Source of the DNA: a candidate division WS1 bacterium
Lineage (GTDB): Bacteria; Armatimonadota; Zipacnadia; Zipacnadales; UBA11051
Assembly (NCBI GenBank): GCA_012518355.1
Contig: JAAYSP010000175.1
Span: 1 to 61,563, forward strand
Length of the DNA: 61,563 nucleotides
Direction of reading: 5' to 3'
This document shows positions 19,239-27,270 of the stretch, piece by piece. A program made the translations under genes and the position numbers. How positions within the stretch are numbered: the first letter of the stretch is position 1; the number at the start of each line of letters is the position of its first letter. The notes under the pieces are model-generated. The model saw only the letters and a program-made list of their open reading frames with translations. It ran no database searches and had not been told where the DNA came from.

Positions 19239-20189
19239 ATGGATCCGAGCATAGTCAACTACGATCCGGCGATGGATGAGGAAGTCGCCGTACTGCTGAA
19301 CGAAGCCTGGGCACGCCTGCGGGCGATGCGCAATATCTACGTAAAAGAGAGCCCCTGGCCGATGGTTGATAGCGGCCTGCTTGCTCGATGGCGTGAGCAG
19401 GGGCGCCTTTCTGCAGATGGCACGTTCATCGCTCAGGCTGCTGACGGCAGCAAAGCTGCCATCTTCTCGGTATCGGCGGGCGATGAGGGCAGGGGTACTC
19501 TGCACTTTTTCGGCGCTCATCCCGGCCATTCGGGCCACGGCCATGGCTCTCGGACACTTGCGGTTGCCGAAGAGTATCTGCGCAGCCGCGGTATGAGGCA
19601 GGTTGTCACAGAGCGCGTTGACTCCCGTTGCCCCATCGTCAACGGATTCTTACGCAAGTCCGGTTTTGAGGTGCCCGACCTCGACCAGCAAAGTATCATC
19701 ATGCTGATGGGGCCGCAGGGGCGAGTAGTGCGCCCGGTCACTCTGCCTGATGATGGCTACCGGATCGCCACATGGGATGACGACTACCTGGATGACTGGG
19801 TCAGCATCCGCAACATAGCTTTCGAAGAGAGCACGGACGCAACACTATTCCTCGAGCATTTCCGCAATCGCAAGGATTTCGATCCGGAAGCCTGGTTTTT
19901 TGTGCAGCACCGCGACAGGCCTGTCGGGATTGCCGGTGCTCTGGAGCGGCGGAATCCTGATGGCAGCCATCGTGGCGGTCAGGTGGAGTGGGTGGCGGTA
20001 CTGCCCGAGTATCGCGGCAAAGGGCTTGGAGAGGCGCTGGCTGCGACTGTGCTGAACCGTTTTGTGCAGCGTGATGTCAAACCGGTGGCGCTTATCACTC
20101 AGTCCTTCCGTCACGCCGCCGTGACGATGTACGAAAAGCTTGGGTTCCGTACTATCGCCCAACTATTGCACTACCGGAAAAATCTGTAG
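19239..20189 (+). CDS. Tandem-GNAT acetyltransferase (MshD-like two-domain architecture)
   Basis: The first GNAT half is ...HPGHSGHGHGSRTLAVAEEYLRSRG. The second half, VAVLPEYRGKGLGEALAATVLNRF...MYEKLGF, carries a typical acetyl-CoA binding motif. ATG 19239 has CAGGAGAG upstream. Confidence 0.7.
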   Translation: MDPSIVNYDPAMDEEVAVLLNEAWARLRAMRNIYVKESPWPMVDSGLLARWREQGRLSADGTFIAQAADGSKAAIFSVSAGDEGRGTLHFFGAHPGHSGHGHGSRTLAVAEEYLRSRGMRQVVTERVDSRCPIVNGFLRKSGFEVPDLDQQSIIMLMGPQGRVVRPVTLPDDGYRIATWDDDYLDDWVSIRNIAFEESTDATLFLEHFRNRKDFDPEAWFFVQHRDRPVGIAGALERRNPDGSHRGGQVEWVAVLPEYRGKGLGEALAATVLNRFVQRDVKPVALITQSFRHAAVTMYEKLGFRTIAQLLHYRKNL

Positions 20190-20221
20190 CTGCCAGCACT
20201 ATCGCGCGAGTATCGATTCGT

Positions 20222-20340
20222 CAGTGCGTCAGTGCGCCAGTGCGCCAGTGCGCCAGTGCGACAGTGCGACAGTGCGACAGTGCGACAGTGCGCCAGTGCG
20301 CCAGTGCGCCAGTGCGCCAGTGCGACAGTGCGACAGTGCG
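20222..20340. repeat. Octanucleotide tandem array CAGTGCGN x15
   Basis: Read directly from the sequence. The eighth base runs in blocks: T, CCC, AAAA, CCCC, AAA. The array starts 33 nt after the GNAT stop. Confidence 0.95.
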
Positions 20341-20445
20341 ATAGGCGATAGGCGATAGGCGATAGGCGATAGGCGATAGGCGATAGGCGATAGGCGATAG
20401 TCGATAGTCGATAGGCGATAGGCGATAGGCGATAGGCGATAGGCC
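20341..20445. repeat. Heptanucleotide tandem array ATAGGCG x15, abutting the octamer array
   Basis: Read directly from the sequence: 8 x ATAGGCG, 2 x ATAGTCG, 4 x ATAGGCG, 1 x ATAGGCC. Confidence 0.95.
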
Positions 20446-20563
20446 TAGTGCAGGTGTGACAGTGTCAGTGCTAAAGCGATAGTATGCTTACCGTTTACGG
20501 TGAAGCTCACGTATGGTATGATATACGCTGTGCCGGGCTGAGTTTGGTTGGCCCGGCTGAGCC

Positions 20564-21313
20564 ATGCTTCGACGGGACGCTCCCATGCGGGTGCTACGGA
20601 TTGCTTCCATTGCCTTTGTGACCGGCTTTTCGGGTGCTGTCATGCCGGGACCTATGTTGCTGCTTACCATAGGGCAGGTGTCGGCACATGGCTTCTGGGC
20701 GGCACCGGCGATCGTTTTGGGACATGCACTGCTGGAGCTAATCGTCGTGGCAGCCTTGATCCTGGGCCTGCGACGGGTGCTGGAGAGTACCCCGGTACGG
20801 GGTACCATCAGTCTCATAGGCGGGCTGGCGTTGGGCTACATGAGCTGGGATATGCTTCGCAACGCTGCAGATATGCAGCTCGAGATGACCGCACACAGTG
20901 AGGCCTTGCCGTGGGCAAAACTTATCCTGCAGGGTGCGGCCGTCTGCGTGGTAAATCCATACTTCACCGCCTGGTGGGCCACTATCGGGGTCGGGCAGAT
21001 GGCGCATACCAGGCCGAGCAACAGTGGCGAGTACGTAGCTTTCTACCTGGGTCATGAGATGTCAGACCTGGTCTGGTTCAGCTTTGTCGGATTGGTACTT
21101 GCTCTGGGCGGACGATTTTTGAACCTGACATGGCTGATTTTTGTGTGCGCAGCAGCGGTGGGTATCCTGGCGCTATGGTTTCTGTATTCTGCAGCTCGCT
21201 CACTTTCCGCACCTCGTGTGGCAGATGGCACAAGCTGTGCGTGCTCGCTGCCTCCTGAGGTGTCGCATGAGCGGGCAGAGGTTTTAGACGGGAGAGATGA
21301 TTGTGACGGATGA
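20564..21313 (+). CDS. LysE/RhtB-family amino-acid exporter
   Basis: The N-terminal motif FVTGFSGAVMPGPMLLLTIG is LysE-type, and ~6 hydrophobic segments follow. Alternative start is 20585. The 3' end overlaps the hisG start by 17 nt. Confidence 0.7.
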   Translation: MLRRDAPMRVLRIASIAFVTGFSGAVMPGPMLLLTIGQVSAHGFWAAPAIVLGHALLELIVVAALILGLRRVLESTPVRGTISLIGGLALGYMSWDMLRNAADMQLEMTAHSEALPWAKLILQGAAVCVVNPYFTAWWATIGVGQMAHTRPSNSGEYVAFYLGHEMSDLVWFSFVGLVLALGGRFLNLTWLIFVCAAAVGILALWFLYSAARSLSAPRVADGTSCACSLPPEVSHERAEVLDGRDDCDG

Positions 21314-22190
21314 AAACAAGCTGAGAATTGGGCTTCCCAAGGGGAGCCTGCAAAACGCCACGGTTGAGATGTTTCGCAAAGCCGGCTGGAGCATCACCGT
21401 GGATGAACGCCAGTATACGCCAAACATGGCAGATGATGACCTGTGGGCAGTGCTGCTGCGGGCCCAGGAAATTCCCGCATATGTGGCAGACGGGGTCCTC
21501 GACTGCGGACTGACCGGTCTCGATTGGATTGTCGAGTCAGGGGTTGAGGACCGAGTGGTGGAGGTAGCTGACCTGATTTACGCCAAGCAGGGCATGCGAC
21601 CATACCGATGGGTACTGGCAGTCCACGACACCTCTCCGGTGCAGACAGTCGAGGATTTGCAGGGCAAGCGCATCGCCACCGAACTGGTGGAGGCAACTCG
21701 CAAGTATCTGGCAGGCAAGGGTGTCCAGGCCACGGTTGAGTACTCCTGGGGTGCCACGGAGGCCAAGTGCCCGAGCCTTGTGGATGCTATCGTCGAAGGC
21801 ACTGAGACGGGCAGCACACTGGTGGCCAACAACCTGCGCATCGTGGATGTGCTATTCGAGTCGACCACCAAGTTCATCGCAAACAAGCAGGCATGGGCTG
21901 ACCAATGGAAGCGAAACAAGATAGATAACATAGCGCTGATGCTGCGTGGAGCCCTGGCTGCCGAAGAGTATGTGGGCCTCAAGATGAACTGTAGCAGTCA
22001 GGACTTGCCGACTGTACTGGCCCAACTGCCTGCCCTGAAAAACCCTACCATTTCTGAACTGGCAAACAACGGCTGGCATGCGGTTGAGATTATCGTGTTG
22101 AAAAAGCAGGTACGCGTACTGATCCCGCAACTGAAAACCGCCGGTGCTCAGGGCATAATCGAGTATCCGCTCAACAAGATCATCATGTAG
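21297..22190 (+). CDS. hisG: ATP phosphoribosyltransferase, long form
   Basis: LRIGLPKGSLQNATVEMFRKAGW...LDCGLTGLDW...ATE..TR.YL. The ~297 aa include the C-terminal regulatory domain. Confidence 0.9.
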   Translation: MIVTDENKLRIGLPKGSLQNATVEMFRKAGWSITVDERQYTPNMADDDLWAVLLRAQEIPAYVADGVLDCGLTGLDWIVESGVEDRVVEVADLIYAKQGMRPYRWVLAVHDTSPVQTVEDLQGKRIATELVEATRKYLAGKGVQATVEYSWGATEAKCPSLVDAIVEGTETGSTLVANNLRIVDVLFESTTKFIANKQAWADQWKRNKIDNIALMLRGALAAEEYVGLKMNCSSQDLPTVLAQLPALKNPTISELANNGWHAVEIIVLKKQVRVLIPQLKTAGAQGIIEYPLNKIIM

Positions 22191-22356
22191 CGACACGAGA
22201 AACGACGTCTTCGCTGCAGTTTCGCTCATGTACTCCAGTTAGTCTGGCAAAGTCAGCCCCGGGGCGCATAATCGCGCATAATCGAACACCGATAGCGTGA
22301 GGCGGGCAAGCGGAGGGGCACTCATATATAGACAACTGGAACGCTTCTGAAAGCAA

Positions 22357-22385
22357 TTGACACTTGAGCGCAGGTCAGTTAGAAT
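22357..22385 (+). promoter_or_regulatory. Candidate sigma70-type promoter upstream of the Zn-ribbon/TPR gene cluster
   Basis: TTGACA (22357-22362), a 17-nt spacer, then TAGAAT (22380-22385). It is followed by the hairpin CAGGTTT-N17-AAACCTG and then GCTTTTA, inside the ~100-nt leader. Confidence 0.5.
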
Positions 22386-22490
22386 ACCGGCAGGTAGTGT
22401 ACAGGTTTTGTCGGAAACATTCTGCAAACCTGCGCTTTTATCTGTGCAAGATGAATTGTACACTCTTGATATGATAGCGGGAGCCAAGCG

Positions 22491-23828
22491 ATGAAGGTGT
22501 GCAACGAATGTGGCACGCGCAATGCAGACCACAGCTACCTGTGCGTGAATTGTGGCGGCAGGCTGGCTGATGCCGCGACAAGTGACGAAGACGGTTATAC
22601 CGGTGATACCGACCAGATTCCGCTTCAGTCAGGTGAGTCTGTCGAGCAGTTGGTTGAGCAAGCCTCTGAGCGGCTTGCTGACGGCAGCCCAGCAGCAGCG
22701 ATTGAACTGTGCCAGAGAGCGCTGGCACTGGAGCCCAACCATTTATCGGCCTTCTCACTACTTGGCATGGCCCACGAGGAAGCTGGTGACGTACAGGCTG
22801 CCCTCGATGCATATGACAATGTCCTACGAATAGACCCTAATCGTGCGGTCGAGCGGCAAAAGGTCAGTTTATTGAAGCTGCAATTGGTCCGCATCGAACA
22901 GGAGCCTGAGGAAGAGGCACAGACGCCTCATCCATGGTTGCAGTATGCGCCTATCGCACTGGCATCTGCAGGGGCTCTGTTGGTGTTTGTGGTGGGAGCT
23001 CTCTTCATAGTCAGTGCGCGCAACGCCCAGAAGGCAAGTAAGGCTGAGCAGGCTTATGAGTTGGCCATGGACGTAGGCAATGCAGCTATGGCCGATGGCC
23101 GGTATGCCAAGGCTATGTCGCACTTCCAGGCAGCTCTGGAGGCGATGCCTGATGACCCGACAGCGCGGCTGCGAATTGCGCGAGCCCAGGACCGTCTCGA
23201 AGCAGGAGAGCTGTCGGGAGTTGCGCAACTGCCTAAATATATACCCTCCAAGGGGCCTAACCCCTTCTCACCAGTGGTAATTCCGCCCACCGCGCAGGAT
23301 GAGGAAGCACAGGATGCTGCCGTCATGCCCATGCCTTCTCCCATGGTGACAACACCACCGCCGCAGAGTGTCTACACGCCAGTGACCGGAGGCAGTCGTA
23401 GCGGTGTGCCCAGCCCTACCGTTCGGACCGAAACTCAACCGCCGCCGAAGTCTGACACGAAAAACGATCTGCCCATATCTCCTCGAACTGAGCCTAAGCC
23501 CGCTCGCCCGGCCACAGTCGAGACCCCTAAGGCGCCCGCCACCTCTCCAGAGCCGGGCCCTGGCGAGATCAGCATTTGGGCCAGTGACCGTCCTGCTGCC
23601 ACTCCTGTACCCGCCCGGCCGCGCCGACCGGCTGCGGATCCTGATGCCCTGCGCTCCCAGGCTGATGCGCTTAAGCGTCAGGGCCGCTATAGCGAGGCAG
23701 CAAGCACCTACGGCAGGGCCATCGAAGCCTATCAGGAGCAGAAACAGACAAGTCCTCAACTAGGGGCTGTCATACAACGCTCAATCGAATCGTGCACGAC
23801 CAGCAAACGGATATGCGACTCCCAGTAG
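22491..23828 (+). CDS. Zinc-ribbon + TPR + single TM + proline-rich tail protein
   Basis: The N-terminus MKVCNECGTRNADHSYLCVNCGG carries a CxxC...CxxC ribbon. TPR-like helices (AIELCQRALALEPNH...AHEEAGDVQAALDAYDNVLRIDPN) follow, then the TM segment IALASAGALLVFVVGALFIV and a P/T/A-rich C-terminal half. Confidence 0.7.
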   Translation: MKVCNECGTRNADHSYLCVNCGGRLADAATSDEDGYTGDTDQIPLQSGESVEQLVEQASERLADGSPAAAIELCQRALALEPNHLSAFSLLGMAHEEAGDVQAALDAYDNVLRIDPNRAVERQKVSLLKLQLVRIEQEPEEEAQTPHPWLQYAPIALASAGALLVFVVGALFIVSARNAQKASKAEQAYELAMDVGNAAMADGRYAKAMSHFQAALEAMPDDPTARLRIARAQDRLEAGELSGVAQLPKYIPSKGPNPFSPVVIPPTAQDEEAQDAAVMPMPSPMVTTPPPQSVYTPVTGGSRSGVPSPTVRTETQPPPKSDTKNDLPISPRTEPKPARPATVETPKAPATSPEPGPGEISIWASDRPAATPVPARPRRPAADPDALRSQADALKRQGRYSEAASTYGRAIEAYQEQKQTSPQLGAVIQRSIESCTTSKRICDSQ

Positions 23829-23842
23829 CAGGAGGCAACTGA

Positions 23843-25513
23843 TTGCGATTCCACTCGGGTATTATCGCAGCCATCGTGCTACTTTTGCTGCCGGTAGCGG
23901 GCAGAGCCCAGCGCTATGTTGGTGTGGTGATACTGCCACCGGCAGGAGTGTTCACCGCGGAGCTAAGCGCTCTGAGCGATGCGCTAACGAACGCGGTTGC
24001 CGCGCTGCCTGAATCGGAGACGGTGCTGTTGGATACCAATTGCACCCTGATTGACACTGCTTCTGCACGAGAGCAACTGGCCGGGATCTCATCTGATAGC
24101 TCAGAAGATCAGTTGCTGGATCTGGCACTACTCCTGGATCTCGACGAGTTGCTCGTGGTACGAATCGGGGTGATAGAGACAGCGGGTGCTGGAGAGAGCG
24201 TGCACATTGCGACGCGTCGGGTCCACGTCGGGCAACAGGATGCGGCTGAGTTTGCCATCGAGCTATCTGGGCTAGGTGCGGCAGATATCAAGCATGCTTC
24301 GGAGCAGTTCGCAGTACGCTTGAGTGAGGCAGGCCCACCGTCACCTGTGTCTTCAGCTTCTGTCCCTCCAGCCATGACGACTACTCCCGAGCAGGAGGCT
24401 GCGCCGCCTGATGTGTCAGACGCGACGCCATCTGCAGCAGCCTCGACCGCGGAAGATGCGCAGCCAGTGCCAGCCTCCACACCAACGCCTGAACCGTCCG
24501 GTCAGCCGGGCATCGCGCGTCTTGCGGCCGCTCGCGCAGCACTGGCTGTCGGAGATCTGGAGCTGGCACGTCGAGAGGCGGATCTGGCACTTCCTCTCGG
24601 CGCTCCCGCGTATGAGCTGTACATGTTCCGGGCTGACCTGGCAGTGGCGCAGAACCAACCCACTGAGCAGCGTAGCTGGCTGGAGCGGGCTGCAGCAGCC
24701 AATCCCGAGGCGGTCGAGCCATTGCTTCGTCTGGGTGCCGTACTCGATGCTCAGGGACTCTGGCAGAAAGCAGTTGAGTGTTATGACCAGGCTATCGCTT
24801 TGGATCCCGCGTCTCTTCCCGCTTACACTGCGGCCGCCACAGTCCTCACGTCACGCAGCCGTCCCAAGCAGGCAGCCGAATATCTGGCCAAGGCGGCCGA
24901 GCGTAGCCCACACGACAACACTCTTTTGATGCGACTTGGGGATACGTACCGCCAGGCAAGTATGTTGGCAGAGGCTGAGGAGGCTTACGACCTGGCTGCC
25001 CGCACTGCTGAACCGCCGTTAGCAGCGCAGATCATGGACCGCCTGGGCGACCTGTATGTCTCAAGTGGCCAGTTTGAAGAAGGCTTCCGCTGCTACGCGG
25101 AGGCTGCCCGCCTTCGCGGAGACAACGCACAACCACTCGCTCAGAAGCGGTATGAGCAGATGACGATAGTCGCAGATGAGGCGGTGATGTCCGCTCTACA
25201 GGCGGCTTCTGAAGCTTTCGAGGCCTACTATCGGGATCGTACCATGCCACGAGAGCGGGCGTATGTCATCGCTGAGCAGTCTGAGACACGGGTGGCTGAG
25301 GTCGCGGAGTTCACTGTGGGCTTGCCCGTACCTCCTGCTCTGGAGCAAATGCATCTGCGCCGGCAACTGTTCTATGACCTGGCAGCTGAGGCCATAGTCG
25401 CGTTGATGACTTATCTGGACACGAACCTGGAGCAGGCCTTAAGTCAGTACCAAACGACTGTTCGTGAAGCGTGTGGCGAGTACGAAGGACTCCACAAAAC
25501 TGTGGTGAAGTGA
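23843..25513 (+). CDS. Secreted TPR-repeat protein
   Basis: TTG start with AGGAGG upstream. Signal peptide is IIAAIVLLLLPVAGRAQ. The C-terminal half holds TPR repeats (WQKAVECYDQAIALDPASLPAY, EAEEAYDLAA). Confidence 0.65.
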   Translation: MRFHSGIIAAIVLLLLPVAGRAQRYVGVVILPPAGVFTAELSALSDALTNAVAALPESETVLLDTNCTLIDTASAREQLAGISSDSSEDQLLDLALLLDLDELLVVRIGVIETAGAGESVHIATRRVHVGQQDAAEFAIELSGLGAADIKHASEQFAVRLSEAGPPSPVSSASVPPAMTTTPEQEAAPPDVSDATPSAAASTAEDAQPVPASTPTPEPSGQPGIARLAAARAALAVGDLELARREADLALPLGAPAYELYMFRADLAVAQNQPTEQRSWLERAAAANPEAVEPLLRLGAVLDAQGLWQKAVECYDQAIALDPASLPAYTAAATVLTSRSRPKQAAEYLAKAAERSPHDNTLLMRLGDTYRQASMLAEAEEAYDLAARTAEPPLAAQIMDRLGDLYVSSGQFEEGFRCYAEAARLRGDNAQPLAQKRYEQMTIVADEAVMSALQAASEAFEAYYRDRTMPRERAYVIAEQSETRVAEVAEFTVGLPVPPALEQMHLRRQLFYDLAAEAIVALMTYLDTNLEQALSQYQTTVREACGEYEGLHKTVVK

Positions 25514-25515
25514 CG

Positions 25516-25770
25516 ATGACGGCCGGAGCGGTATGGAGCGGTTTGGGTAGGATCCTGATTCTCTGTGGACTGCTCCTGGTGGTAGTTGGAACCGCGTTTT
25601 ATTTTCTGGGTCGGCATGTGGGACACTGGCCGCGTCTACCGGGCGATATGACGCTACGTGTTGGGACTGTGACGATTTACTTGCCGCTGACCAGTTGTGT
25701 CGCCGCAAGTGTTCTGCTGAGCTTACTGATGACATTCGGACTGTACGTAGCGGGGCTGGTCCGCAGGTAA
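25516..25770 (+). CDS. DUF2905-family small membrane protein
   Basis: MTAGAVWSGLGRILILCGLLLVVVGTAFYFLGRH...LPGDMTLRVGTVTIYLPLTSCVAASVLLSLLM follows the DUF2905 pattern (TM, RLPGD, short strand, FYFPI-T-like segment, TM). Confidence 0.6.
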   Translation: MTAGAVWSGLGRILILCGLLLVVVGTAFYFLGRHVGHWPRLPGDMTLRVGTVTIYLPLTSCVAASVLLSLLMTFGLYVAGLVRR

Positions 25771-25814
25771 TTGGTCCGATATTGGCACCAAGCGATGGAG
25801 GTTTTAGACTGCAA

Positions 25815-26369
25815 ATGCAACAACATGACTGGCAGGACAAGAGGAAGTCTGGTAGGCGAGTACACCAGACGCTACGAGATGCTCGTCGTGCCGGAGCTGC
25901 CGACGACGACACTGAAAATGCCGAAAACGGCACGCAGATTGCAGCAGATGATGCAGAGTGGAGTGGCGACGCGTCAGATGGAGGGCGACGTCGCATTGTT
26001 GCAGACGGCGACGCCAGCCGGGCTGTGAACACGTTGCAAGTGCTCGAGCGCCTCACCACTGACAGCGACATGGTCGAGCGGCTCAAGGCCTTACAGGCAC
26101 GTCAACAGCGCTTACCGCTCGACGTAGAGGCCGGGCCGCGCAGTGAGACACGTACTAGAGCCAAGCAGACACGAGATGAATTGGTAGAGCGGTTGCTAGA
26201 TCCCGTCCTGACCCTGCGCGAAGCAGCCATCTTGCTAGACGTGTGCCCGACCACAGTCCGCAGATATACCAACCGAGGGGTACTCAGTTGCTTTCGGACG
26301 CCAGGCAATCAGCGCCGATTTCATCTGTCAGACGTGATCAGTTTTATGGAGCAGCGCGACAGCCGGTAA
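25815..26369 (+). CDS. Excisionase/MerR-family HTH (HTH_17-like) DNA-binding protein with acidic/basic low-complexity N-terminus
   Basis: The C-terminus LTLREAAILLDVCPTTVRRYTNRGVLSCFRTPGNQRRFHLSDVISFM is a typical excisionase-family HTH. ATG 25815 was chosen. The ORF opens at 25695, inside the DUF2905 gene. Confidence 0.6.
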   Translation: MQQHDWQDKRKSGRRVHQTLRDARRAGAADDDTENAENGTQIAADDAEWSGDASDGGRRRIVADGDASRAVNTLQVLERLTTDSDMVERLKALQARQQRLPLDVEAGPRSETRTRAKQTRDELVERLLDPVLTLREAAILLDVCPTTVRRYTNRGVLSCFRTPGNQRRFHLSDVISFMEQRDSR

Positions 26370-26421
26370 GACTGTACGCAAAGCGCCTGGCAGCGGTTCG
26401 TGCTCGAGGAGGAATTGTCTG

Positions 26422-27111
26422 ATGTCTTGGACGCTGCTGATGATCGGCTGTCCACAACAGCTTACCCAGCAATTGAGCAGTGTTGTCTCCTCCGAGCTTA
26501 TGCGATTTTCAGCCCTCCCCGATGCCGGGCACCAGGGCCTGGAGAGGTATGTAGAGCAGGCCAGCCTGGTAGTAGTGCATGAAGATGGCGCCAGTCGAGC
26601 ATTGCCCTGGCTGTGCCACAGGCTGCGACATCTGACCGATGTGCCCATCATCGTGCTTGCCGCCTGCTATGATGAGCAAGTCATGGCGGATGTATTCGAG
26701 GCAGGGGCCAACGACTACTTATATGGAGACTATTCGGTACGCGAACTGTTGGCCCGCATTCGTGCCCAGTTGCGCCGTGCCCACGAATATGTCTCTCAAG
26801 CCGTCAGGCCTGAACGACATGTAGTTGGCGATCTGACCGTGGATGTGGGGCGCCATCAGGTGATGATGGGCAACAGGGCGGTCAGATTGACGCCCAAGGA
26901 GTTCGAATTACTGCGGATCATGGCTACACACCCTGAAAAAGCGCTCTCCCGAGAGCAGTTACTGCAGGAAGTGTGGGGCCGAGAACAGAAAACCAACAGT
27001 CGCACCCTCGATGTGCATATAGGAAGACTGCGCCAGAAGATCGAATCTGATCCAGCTTCTCCTCAGCTAATTCTCACCGTTCCCGGATATGGCTACAAGC
27101 TGAAAGCGTGA
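26422..27111 (+). CDS. OmpR/PhoB-family winged-helix regulator with degenerate (aspartate-less) receiver domain
   Basis: The C-terminus LTPKEFELLRIMATHPEKALSREQLLQEVWG...RTLDVHIGRLRQKIE...LTVPGYGYKL is a canonical OmpR-type wHTH. The N-terminal receiver-like fold lacks the DD pair (LLMIGCPQQ), the phospho-Asp (LVVVHEDG), the Thr (IIVLAA) and the Lys (DYLYGDY). Confidence 0.8.
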   Translation: MSWTLLMIGCPQQLTQQLSSVVSSELMRFSALPDAGHQGLERYVEQASLVVVHEDGASRALPWLCHRLRHLTDVPIIVLAACYDEQVMADVFEAGANDYLYGDYSVRELLARIRAQLRRAHEYVSQAVRPERHVVGDLTVDVGRHQVMMGNRAVRLTPKEFELLRIMATHPEKALSREQLLQEVWGREQKTNSRTLDVHIGRLRQKIESDPASPQLILTVPGYGYKLKA

Positions 27112-27270
27112 CCTTTCGAAAAAGTATATCCACCTGCGTCGCCGATACACTGGAGCCCTAGCTAGGTGTGGGAGACAGTCAGCAGCGTGCAGCCGTGGCA
27201 CCAAGCAGAGGGGCCGATGCATATGTCGCACCGGCCCGAAGACACAGTCATCCAGCTTCACACCTGGCAG

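Noticed and set aside
20140-20358. ORF encoding a repetitive VRQC(A/D)SA peptide
   Set aside because: It is a translation artefact of reading through the octamer array. It begins inside the 3' end of the GNAT gene and has no RBS.
20222-20445. CRISPR array
   Set aside because: The units are 8 and 7 bp, directly abutting with no spacers. No cas genes are present. These are microsatellites.
25815-26369. Excisionase as a marker of a prophage or integrative element
   Set aside because: No integrase, attachment-site repeats, phage genes or tRNA target are nearby. The HTH_17 fold is also common in chromosomal regulators.
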